A stretch of DNA of 63,469 nt, counting the filler, from Parasitella parasitica NRRL 2501 (lineage: Eukaryota; Fungi; Mucoromycota): NCBI GenBank assembly GCA_025201805.1. It is 5 parts of 5 records of this genome, joined end to end, with 100 filler letters (N's around TTAATTAATTAA, not from the genome) between each part and the next. Parts side by side here need not be neighbours in the genome. Positions count along the whole stretch, not along the records: positions 52,302 to 58,161 come from MU619475.1; positions 58,262 to 63,469 come from MU619366.1; 3 more parts are not named here. One strand, 5' to 3'. Made by a program: the position numbers and the translations under genes. Positions 52,591-63,469 of this stretch are shown here, in pieces (positions within the stretch are counted from its first letter, which is position 1; each line of letters starts with the position of its first letter). Under the pieces are notes generated by a model. That model saw only the letters and a program-made list of their open reading frames with translations. It made no database searches and was not told the DNA's origin.

Positions 52591-54822
52591 TGTTATATCA
52601 ATAACATGGCAAGCTCTCACATCAGGATCTCAGATCAGTCCTAGGGTCTTACAGAAAATCATATGGGTATAGTCATGATTTACATTATGCAGATAGACAG
52701 TAGAACCCTAGTGTTATGAATATGTATATAATACATCGAGAGATGTATTATGAATAAAAGTGTAAATTCTTTGGCAGATTTATTTTATCAGACTTTTGAC
52801 ATAACACTTTTTAAATCACCTTAAAATTTTTACACTTAACATTTTAAACAAATCAATAACAATGTCTTCAAACATCAGCAACAACGAAATTAACAGCAAG
52901 GCCACTTATGCTGAAATGGCAATTCGTCGTGCAGGATCTCGTCAGAGTTCCAACTATGCGGGATCTGTGGCTGATTCCCAAGTTGCTCTGTCTCCAAGAC
53001 AGGCAACTGTTAATCATATTGCATCGAGCGATGTAATCGCTCTGCGTGAAGAATTCGCAGAAATTGACCGGGAATTCAGCGAAGACGCTCTTTCCGATCG
53101 AAATACTTTCATGATGAGCGATAGTAGTGAAGTAGATCTCAACGATGATGATAATTTCGAACCCTTAAGCAAGAAACACCAAGAGGAGCTCTTGCAAGAG
53201 ATAGCTAAGTTCCTGTCTTAGCTGTGCAGAGTTGCGAAATTGGCAATGCAGCATCCTCTTAACGATGCTCTCCAAGAGAAAAGCAAAACTCTTAGGAAGC
53301 TGTTGAAAGAGGGTCAAGCAAACTATGATATCTTGTTTAAGGATTCTGCTTCTGTTCGTACTACTAACAAGGCTAGTGATACTGGCAACGCCTTTGTGGT
53401 TCCCCCAACCTCCCATTAATCCAATGGAAGGGACATAAGATGAATAATCAACCTTTGGTTTATCGTACACTTGAGGACTGTCTCCTCAATTTCAAAAATG
53501 TGTTGGAACAGTATCAGTTGGACTTGAAGAATGAACACTGGTACCGCTTGATTAAGCCCCAGATGTGTACGGGCATGGCTGGTTGGACTTGTCAACTTGT
53601 ACAAGAAGATGAACCTCATTTGAATTGGAATAAATTCACTGAAAAGTTGAAGACCAAATATAATATTTCGGCCGAACAACAAAAGCGAGATGGTATCTCA
53701 AGCCTGAAAAAGCTCAAGTTGGACAACTGCAAAAACTTGGAGCAGTACATTGACAAGTTCAATAGATTGAAGCACCTCTCTAGTGTGAAGGAACCAGCTG
53801 CTTTGGTCAAATATCTCCTGCGTGTTCTTGAGTCAGACCTTTATGCAATTGTCTCTCTGCATATCACTCAATCGAGGGATGATAAAAAGGACACGCTGGA
53901 GTACGCAATCTCCCAATTGAGTAACTTTTACAATTTGGTTGTAAACGACCCATACTGCGATAAAAAAATATAATAAAAAAAGCGGAAAGGATATACAATT
54001 ATAACTCTTCGATATTTATTCAAAGTTAAAAATGTAAGCCAAGATCCATCAAGTTGAAAGATCTTGGATGTATTTATATAAAATATAATCTGTATATTTC
54101 ATGTTACTAATGCAGTAACTGGATTGTCTCCAATTTAGGCTTCATGGGAAAGCAGTAACGATTGTGGTTCATAAGGAGCACAAAGGTGTACAATTGTCTT
54201 TATATGTTGAATGTTAATGGTGATATTTGTCATGTTCAATGTTGTTCTCAAGGACACGGTTCTTAATAAAGAAATGTCTTACTAATTCAAATAAGATGTG
54301 TGAAAGACTGCCAGTAGTTCACATCACACACTATGTTGGCGAAAAACGAGACGCAAGCAAAGAGAGATTGCGGCCTTGGTTGCTAGGGAAATCAAGCAAC
54401 AGACTCGCCGACAAAACTACAATGGCCAGAGCAATCATAAGGCCAACTACCGTGATGCGAGTAAAGTGAAGAAAACTCGCCGTGCTGGAAAGCACCGCGG
54501 AAGGAATAACCGTGACCAACGAAGTGGTAATGGTGAAGTTTTGAAATGCTTTGATTGTGGGTATAAACCTTTGACCTATGCACATAAGGCTGTGTGCGAA
54601 CACAATCCGGCTAACAAGAGAAAGCCCACACAAAAGAAAAGCAAACACATAGTTCCCAGACCTGCTGCCGCTGCCTCCACTGATTCAGGGGCATCTTCTT
54701 CCTCTTCATCTAGCGATGAGAGCAACCAGACGTTTGCTTTTGTTGCTACCATTGGAGGGAAGAAGCCTGTCAGCAATGACATGGGCATTAATAGCGAATG
54801 TAAGCAGCATGATAGTGAATAT
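52591..54822 (+). mobile_element. Ty3/gypsy-like retrotransposon remnant: 5' LTR (family A, 52591-52806) plus disrupted gag
   Basis: 216-bp TGTTAT...ATAACA LTR. Gag starts at 52862 and carries stops and frameshifts (VYRTLEDCLLNFKNVLEQYQLD...WNKFTEKLKTKY). Degenerate knuckle CFDCGYKPLTYAHKAVC; truncated by LTR C. Confidence 0.85.
53956..54326 (-). mobile_element. Solo LTR, family B, inserted in gag
   Basis: TSD catac/cacac; excision restores the frame VNDPY|YVGEKRDASK. Confidence 0.9.
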
Positions 54823-55604
54823 TGTGAAATATGTTCACTATGATGATCTGCATTTCACTTCTAGATTCATCCAGTTACCTTAAATTTACCATGGCTAACT
54901 TCAGCGCTATTTTTTTTCACATTTATCATCAGTTCTAATGACTAGTGATTAGGTGTATTACTGGATAATTGGTGATAAACCATTTTATCACTGGTGATGC
55001 TTTTATCACAAAGACTAAATTCATGACCAGTGATAAATACGATAATCGCTTGCGATTAGCAATTAGCAGCATTAATAAATCAATCACTGCTAGTGAAACA
55101 TCATGAATTTGTCTATATATCAATCTACTGGATGATTTGTAACCATAAAAAAATATACTCCTGATACTGCTCATCTACTGAACTATTGATAGACATTTAT
55201 TGCAAAATTAGCCATAACATTATTGCATGTATAGGACTAGAGTTTTTGTTTTACAATTACAATTTTATTTAAAAAAAAGTATATATTTTCAAAGAAAGTA
55301 AGGTAGTATTGAGATTTATAAAAAAAAAACATATATACAAGACATCAGCATTTAAAATACAAACATTACGATAGCTGCTATATTACTTCACAGACGCTTT
55401 GGATGATTTTTTTTTATTGAATTCTACCAAAAAGCAAAAGGTCGGGATTATATCATACCATGGATATGAGTTTAAGAAGCAATTATTTATAAAGTATAGT
55501 TTGCCCTGGCGGGCGGCCTGATCTTTTGTTTTGTTTTTTTTTGCCTTGTTGAAGCTGGTAGACTTTGAATACAACTGCCGCGACTAGTAATTTTATTTCG
55601 TTAC

Positions 55605-57667
55605 TTATTCATCTTGATCTCCATCACCCATTATTCTTCTAGAAATATTGATAGCCTCCACATCAACACCGTACTTTCTGCTAATTGTTAACGGTACGGG
55701 AGCGCCAAAAAAAAACAAATCAGATGCCTTCTTGACCCTAGACATTGCTACATATAACTGACCATGCGTCAACATATGGTCCAGAAAAATTCCAACACAA
55801 TCAATANNNNNNNNNNNNNNNNNNNNNNNNNNNNNNNNNNNNNNNNNNNNNNNNNNNNNNNNNNNNNNNNNNNNNNNNNNNNNNNNNNNNNNNNNNNNNN
55901 NNNNNNNNNNNNNNNNNNNNNNNNNNNNNNNNNNNNNNNNNNNNNNNNNNNNNNNNNNNNNNNNNNNNNNNNNNNNNNNNNNNNNNNNNNNNNNNNNNNN
56001 NNNNNNNNNNNNNNNNNNNNNNNNNNNNNNNNNNNNNNNNNNNNNNNNNNNNNNNNNNNNNNNNNNNNNNNNNNNNNNNNNNNNNNNNNNNNNNNNNNNN
56101 NNNNNNNNNNNNNNNNNNNNNNNNNNNNNNNNNNNNNNNNNNNNNNNNNNNNNNNNNNNNNNNNNNNNNNNNNNNNNNNNNNNNNNNNNNNNNNNNNNNN
56201 NNNNNNNNNNNNNNNNNNNNNNNNNNNNNNNNNNNNNNNNNNNNNNNNNNNNNNNNNNNNNNNNNNNNNNNNNNNNNNNNNNNNNNNNNNNNNNNNNNNN
56301 NNNNNNNNNNNNNNNNNNNNNNNNNNNNNNNNNNNNNNNNNNNNNNNNNNNNNNNNNNNNNNNNNNNNNNNNNNNNNNNNNNNNNNNNNNNNNNNNATGG
56401 CACCTATTATATGGCATCACAATTACATTAAAATAAAATCCAGATGGATCATGGCTGATCCATCCAAGAAAGAAATACATGAAAAGCACAAGTAAACATT
56501 AACAAGTGTTGGTAGAGGCTTGCACTCCTGATCAAAGTACAATATCCTACAACCCTGGCACATGCTAATGTTGAACAACGCTACTCATAATCACAAATAA
56601 ACAAATTCCAAACATGTATAAACAATGCAATTGTTAAAACAATTGCAATAATTCTAGATGCCAGAAATGGCTTGTTTATTACACAATAAGGAAAGCTCAG
56701 TCGCATTAAAAATAATCAGGATCCTCAAATATTACAATTCTCCCCAAAACCATAGTATCAATTTCAATACCAACACATCGAAATCTCAACTACAATACAA
56801 GTGAGAGAATGTCAACAAAAGTCATTCTTTCAAATAAGCTGTAAAATAAGCATTCTCACTGTAGTGAGGTAATTTTACAAGTAGTATAAATACAAGCCCT
56901 CTTAAAGAGCATGTATGTTTTCTTCAGTTTTCTTTTAATCGAAAATAAAGGTGGAAAGACTATAATTGTATTTCTCTGGCTTTATTTTTTACTTTTTTTT
57001 ATTTTCACATAAAATTGATCCCAATTTTATTGCTCAGTTCTGACGCCACCCATAATAGAGGGTCTGTTTGTGGTTTTGATAAGTGAATCGTTTATCGAGT
57101 TCAATAGTGAAGCACCAATCATTGAATATTCGTCAATAAGAAGTATTATTTTGGGATATAGCTTGATGTATTTATCTAAGTTTTGAAAGTTTGGAATCTC
57201 GTATCGATTTCCCATTCCAAAAAACCGATGAAGAGTTTGTCCGGTAATATTGTGAGCAGCTACGCTTGTAGATGCTAATTTAAAGACCTAGAAAAGCAAG
57301 TTATTAATTATCAAAAATATGTAACGATTTGTACATACCTTAAACCCTTTTAGTCTTTAGTATTTCTTTCCACGAGCACGCAATACAAAATTGGTTTTTC
57401 CACTTGTGACATTTTTGGGCAAGTGTTGACTGTAATATTGCCTATTCATGAATTCCCGTCGTTGCAAAGTTGCCTCATCATCTGTATTGTCGACTTGAGA
57501 CTTACGGATGTATGAGCAAAAAAATTCCGGTAATGTCAACAATGTCTCAGCACCATCTTTTTTTTCATATACGAATACACTAGACTTTGCAAATATATCC
57601 TCGGAATCTTTAGAACGATCCATAATATCATCTCTGATGCGCAATGAATCATAGCTGTATAGACCAG
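55605..57667 (-). mobile_element. PIF1-helicase remnant, Helentron/Helitron2-like, internally deleted
   Basis: DSEDIFAKS...LTLPEFF; intron ~57288-57338; ASTSVAAHNITGQTLHRFFG, LLIDEYSMIG and HGQLYVAMSRV. Walker A is absent, and LTR C cuts the 5' side. Confidence 0.7.
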
Positions 57668-58161
57668 TGTGTGAAATACATTCACTATGTGATGATCTGC
57701 ATTCCACTTCTAGATTCATCCAGTTACCTTAAATTGATATAAACTACATCTGCGCACAGATAATAAGATGTGCAATACAGATTTATACTATATAAGATAT
57801 AAGCTAGAGACGGCACCATTAGGATGGATGACGCTATAGACTGATACTTATATCTCGACACGAGCCTTAGACATTTACTAGATTTAGTATACTGTATGCT
57901 ACGAGCTTATGCTATTTAAGATCTATGCTTCAGATGCGTATTCCCAGTTTCTAGATACGCACTACAAGACATATACTTATATCCATGATACTAGCTACAG
58001 ATACATCATGTACTACAGACTTGTAGAATATGTACAATGCTATAGATATGCTTATGACATGCTATAGACATGCTGCATATACCGATATATGCTAAGATGA
58101 ATACCAAGTGATATACACTCAGACATGTACTATTAATATAGACTGGATAAGACTATACAAG
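57668..58161 (+). mobile_element. LTR family C (runs into scaffold end)
   Basis: Colinear with 47946-48451. Confidence 0.85.
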
Positions 58162-58499
58162 NNNNNNNNNNNNNNNNNNNNNNNNNNNNNNNNNNNNNNN
58201 NNNNNTTAATTAATTAANNNNNNNNNNNNNNNNNNNNNNNNNNNNNNNNNNNNNNNNNNNNCGAGATACTTCTTTTATTGTTCGGATACAGTTGAAAGCT
58301 GTGAATTATTACAAGTCTCTTTTTATTGTATTGAAATATCTGAAATATACATCAAATCAGCGTTAATGATGCAACAACCAGCAGACGTATTTGTTTATAT
58401 TTAAGCTGTGGACAAGAAAGTCATTTGCGATCTACCAGTAGATTATGTGCCAAATTAATACACAAAAATACTCATAACATGGCTAGAAGAATTACACTC

Positions 58500-59047
58500 T
58501 CTTTCACCAAACGCCATGACCTTGGTAGAAGGAATAGCATCTTTTGCCATTGTCAAGCACGCATGTGGGCATAAAGAAAAATGGAGGCACCAGTGCAAAC
58601 CCCGATTTCTCTTTGTACTGTCCTGAGTTGATTGCTAATTTTCTGTTAGACCGGTATTCATAATGGCCATCAAGGCTCAACACTCGACTTTTTTGGTCTT
58701 TTTTTCACATGGCTAGTTATATGTTGCTTTCTCGCTCATTAAGCAGCTATCTTCAATCAAAATTCTTCTGCATATAAATACCTCAACTACCAAAAACTAT
58801 ACTGCGCTGGATCATACACCGATAATATTGTATTCCATAAAGTATTTAAATAACTCTACTGATTTTTACGTTTTTTTCCTATTGCGCGTTACTACATCTA
58901 TGTTTTTATATCTGTCTAACAATATATTTTAAGTTATAGATAAACAACAATAAAAGAGCATTGAATATCTAATTAGCACTTATCAAAAGATTGAGCTCCC
59001 GGTAGGGCGACGATAGCCGTCGTGAGCGAAGCGAGCAGGTCAGCTAG
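58500..59047 (+). mobile_element. Non-autonomous Helitron (N-terminal RepHel remnant + 3' terminus)
   Basis: Frameshifted RHDLGRRNS..CHCQARMW..NPDFSLYC; GC-rich hairpin-like CGACGATAGCCGTCG / GAGCGAAGCGAGC followed by CTAG|T at 59044-59048. Confidence 0.65.
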
Positions 59048-60662
59048 TTCATTAGGTAAAGACAAAGGTCAAGAGCTTTATTGATTTTAAGCAAATTACT
59101 ATTTATAATGTATGCTAGGGTAACCCAGACTACGTCACCATCGTTTGAAGTCTCTGCCTCTTCCTAAATCGCCGGACTGGCACTGTTGGTCGGAAGACCC
59201 GCTTCTTGTTCGCATTGTGTCGGAGCACTGCCTCCGGCACGAGTCCACTAAACATCTTCCTGACATTTTGAAACATGCGTATTTTTTTCACTTCTTAACC
59301 TACAGCGGCTCCTGTTGGATCAAAAAGATAATAAAAACCAAAGTTTAACGAGATACGAAAACTTAAAGATACTTTATTTAAGATCGAAATTTCTTCTGCT
59401 ATTTATACTTTTTACAACTACATGAATTTATGGTGACTTAATTAGATTACTAATTGACAGGGTACGATATGAGGTTATACAGCAAGGGCTACACGTCTTT
59501 GATCTGATAGTGCGTTAAACTTTATCCTGGTGCTCAGATCTGTGTTGTTGTGCCAGTGTCAAAGGGCGCAGCGTAATGTTATGTAAATAAGATTTGTATA
59601 AAGTAATAAAGACTTTCTGAATAAAACCAGATACAAAACTGAAGACTTTTATTGACATAAGATATGATCTCTATTTATACTAAAATATATCCCAACAAAG
59701 TTTATCCACATAACATCTGATGTTTGACAAGAAGTGTCAAACCTTATTAAATCACAGCATTTCCAGGACAGACCTGTCTTTCTATTTTACATTAAAGAGA
59801 AGATTGGGTAGGATGTCTTCCCGACATCCCGCGATCTGATCTAGATGTATTCTTTAAATAAGCCTGGAACCTTGCAAGAGGTCCAATTACAACTTGTAGC
59901 TTATTCCTTATTTGTAAAAGAATTACCAAAAATTAATATCATGATCCGTGCATTATGACTAAGTTAGATATGACATATGTAGCCTTTATATGGATACAAC
60001 ATGTGTCACTTACAGGAATAACCTTCTTGATTTGAAACAGTGACTTTATTCTTCAATTTACACAAGCGTATCACATCAAATCATTGGACAATCTTCAATC
60101 TTCAATTGAAGTACATTGTCATGATCCTCTGTCTATAATTATGGCGGATCAACACTGTCAAATCTCCATTTCAGAATCAAAATAAATGCCCTAGATCAAA
60201 ATGTCACTATGAATTTCAACATTTAGCCATCGGCAGCAACTATAATCCAAAATGGAGACTAAGTTTAGATCGACCCTCACCTCAGAACGACATGGTATCT
60301 CAGCGATAGAATAGCAAATATATATGAGTGTATTTTAAACGTAACAGAGTTCGATTTATTTCAAACATAAAGCATAACTGTTCCATATATACTGTGAAAT
60401 ACATTCAGTATGATGATCTGCATTGCACTTCTAGATTCACCCAGCTACCTCAAATTGATATATACTGTTCTGTATTTTAACCTTGCAAGTAAGCATGCAA
60501 TCAGGTTATTAATCCACCGTGTTTAGGAATGAAAAAAAATCATCTTACTGACATGGCATTTTCTTACTTTATGGGCCTTGAAGATAATCTTACCGCTACT
60601 GACCTCTTTCAGAAGTGAAGAAGCTAAGCATTATCGTCAAGCCTTCTTCTTCGACAATCCAA

Positions 60663-61742
60663 ATGTCAGCTGAAGATATCTTGGTAGAGAAATATGTTTC
60701 TGTTCTCTTCCCTTCTCACCTGACGGTACGAAAATGGTCTCGGGAGCAAGTGCGGGACCTTTTCCGAATGCATTTCGCTGATAAAATGAAGGCTAGTCAT
60801 GCTGCTGGCATGAGCGAAATCAACTCTAACACCGCATTAGCCTACATTTGACAAGCGAAAGATGATGTGCAGAACCAAGGTGAAGCTCCTTCCGAACCGA
60901 AACTAAAAGGAAATCAGAAAGTGGCACCTAAAAGTAGCAGCCTTTTGGTTTGGTTCTTCGATGAGAATCAAGATGCTACTCTCAAAGATGGTCTTGCTGT
61001 GTTGAGGCAATTCCACAATGTGACGATGTCTGAGAGTGGCCTTAGAAACCACCTACTGAAGAAGTGCGCTTTGGTTGTGAGAAATGTTGAAGGTGGAGAG
61101 GTAACAGGTGTCCGCCTGAATGGTGATACTGTTTTTGTCGGGTCCGTTACACTATTGATGTTTGAGCGACATCAATTTGGCTGGCCCAAAGGCTATTTAC
61201 CAGATTCCGCCTTGAAGAGTGGAATCTATATTCCTGTTCTTGTTGCACTGTCGAGTGCAGGCGCCGTTTTACAAGCGGCTGTTCTTACACTGTCTTCGTA
61301 TGACAAGAAAAAAGAGGTTACGGAGTCTGACCTTGGGGAATTTCTTGGGCTTTTGTCAGATGGAAATGAAGAAGTCCTGGATTTTAGTGACTTGGAGCTA
61401 AAGCCTCTCAGCTCTGAAAAGCAAAGTCTTTGCGGCGAATTCCTTCTGGGAATCAAGGACTTTTTGAGAAGGGATAAACTAAGCAAAGAAGCTATGCTAA
61501 TTCCAAGGCTGGTTGAGGCAATAAATAGCATAAACATGGAGACCAGGAAGACAGATGCGGCCTAAGAAAGAACCAAAAAAGTGGAAGAAGATCAAGGACT
61601 TTCTGAGAAGTCGCTTGGTGAGGAAAGAAACGACCTCGTTGAAGAGAAGAAACTGGAGGAAGAAAAACTGCTTTTTGAGGAGGAGAAGAAGAAGTTCTTT
61701 GAAGAAAAGAAGCAATTTGAAAAGCTAAAGAAGGCTACATAA
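60663..61742 (+). pseudogene. Tc1/IS630-like transposase-derived ORF lacking the DDE motif, with E/K-rich coiled-coil tail
   Basis: HTH-like WSREQVRDLF...HAAGMSEINSNTA; winged-HTH-like FFDENQDATLKDG...SESGLRNHLLKKC; VFVGSV where VFIDE is expected. One reading frame with stops at 60849 and 61563. Confidence 0.6.
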
Positions 61743-61780
61743 TATCTTTTATGCATCGTTTTTTTATTATTATTATTTTA

Positions 61781-62298
61781 TGTTTAGAATAACAAAATAT
61801 AGCCAGAAAAATACAATTAGAACTGAATATATTTATTTTGCTATTCCAAAATTGAATGAATCTTTAAACTAGTGTATGTTTTTTGAAGGTATTTATAGTT
61901 ATTTGACAGTGCCGCAGCAATAGGACCATGATCTAAGATGAGGGATAATTGGGTACACCTTGAACCAATCCCTAGGAGCTTGGTGGATAAGAGTTTCCGA
62001 GTTACCAGTAAGACAAGAGCATAGATACGTATAAAGAATAAAATGTTGTTCCTGGTAGCTTTGATAGAAGAACATTTATCAGGATTAAACACCGACCTCA
62101 GGAACCAAATGTCATAGGATATCACCACTTTGTACTGGGGGGATAAAGATCCGCCATTCAATGGTACCACTTATGTCTCTTTGCCATGTCTAAATAAAGT
62201 CATTCCATTCTACTACGCATTTCTACTCATGCTCGCTTTATGATGTATTATACAGAGTATAATACATTACCGCTAAGATTTGATCTGTATCCTAAACA
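61781..62298 (-). mobile_element. Solo LTR, family E
   Basis: TGTTTAG...CTAAACA termini, perfect TSD TTTTA, near-identical to 49562-50074. Confidence 0.92.
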
Positions 62299-63469
62299 TT
62301 TTATGCCTCTTTTTTTTTATTTTTATTTTATGTTCTTTTATGCCATCTTTTTTTTTTTTTGACATATGAATATTTATTGATGAGTTTATATATTTATGAT
62401 ATTTGTTTAGTAAATCCAAGATGATGAGTCTATGATATACTGTATATCATTATACAATGTATGTGTAAGTTGCATGAAAATAAAAATTAATTCTTGGCAG
62501 GAAAAGCTTGAAATGCTGCTAACCAACCTTTAAAATGGCATTTTCTTTAATCCACATTGCCTATATTTGATAAAGTATATCCTTTGGTTTTCCTAACACC
62601 TTAATAAAACAAAACTGACTAAGTAATTAATACGTAGAAAGTATAAAAAGTAAAATATAGATGTCATACGTTTTGGATTGATAAAGTATAACAATAAAAA
62701 TATTAAATACATGTCATAATGAAGGAGAGATTGAATCCATTAATACAAAATAGATATTCTTAAACAACAGGTCATTAAACAGGTCATTAAAATCTTATCA
62801 AAAACATTTCTTTTATGCCTTGGAAAGAATATTTTATCATATGCACCTGAAGGTCTTCTAGATTAAAAAAGTATAGTGTGTTTATGTGTGATTAATAGAA
62901 GTTTCCTCTTTCAAGCAAATAACGTTTCAAATGAAATTATTAGGGGTTTTCTCAAAATCTCTAAAACTATTCCAGATAAATAGGAAAGAAGTCGTTTTTA
63001 TTTCAATACCTTTTCTAAAAAAGTCTCGACACTTTTCGGCATTTTGTAGATTGTTTTTCTGATTTTTGTCACGTCTCTTCTCCCTTTCTGCACAACAGTC
63101 CTCAATAAATTGGAAAAAGCTGTAGCAGATGCAATTCCGGTCTTTAATAAAGAATTTTTAAGTTTTCGTATCTCGTTAAGATTTGGTTTTTATTATCTTT
63201 TTGATCCAACATGCGTGATCTTCGGGAGATGATGTTTTAATATACAAAATAGATATTATACAATTAAAACTGCATATATTCATTCGAATAATAAAAAATA
63301 AGATGATTCTTCTAATAACCACAACATTTGTCAAGACTATTTATACTTTTGGAGTTATCACATCAATTACATGATGTGGAATCGAGGCTTAATAAACTTG
63401 CACCAGATAGAACCAATTACTAGCCATGTGTTGCTAGTACAAGTAATCGTAAACCAGTTATTACCAGAA

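Overview
This is a eukaryotic, intron-rich, AT-rich fungal window. Short ~55-65 nt introns and the gene and TE repertoire point to Mucorales (inference). It is not one contiguous locus: four 100-nt N44-TTAATTAATTAA-N44 six-frame-stop linkers (19292-19391, 41754-41853, 52202-52301, 58162-58261) join five separate scaffolds. Segment 1 holds housekeeping genes: BCK1-like MAPKKK, MCM3, F-BAR RhoGAP, SEC13, an OCA/Siw14-family phosphatase lacking its catalytic Arg, and PSD2. Segment 2 starts with a decayed Helitron. A probable second Helitron 5' end follows it, then an intact unknown C2H2-finger gene, a purine-rich minisatellite and an ADH pseudogene. The segment continues with VAC7, a PH-domain protein, an AIG1/GIMAP-like GTPase ending in a CaaX box, an SPX phosphate transporter, a CRAL-TRIO protein and SDE2. 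Segments 3-5 (41.9-63.5 kb) contain no intact host gene. They are a heterochromatin-like nest of at least six LTR families (several solo LTRs with 5-bp TSDs) inserted into each other and into DIRS, Ty3 gag and PIF1/Helentron remnants. They also contain a non-autonomous Helitron and a transposase-derived ORF that has lost its DDE motif. No single novel system is proven. The best leads are the Helitron cargo cassette, the prenylated AIG1 GTPase, a possibly self-priming LTR family and the nested-LTR (pericentromere-like) domain.
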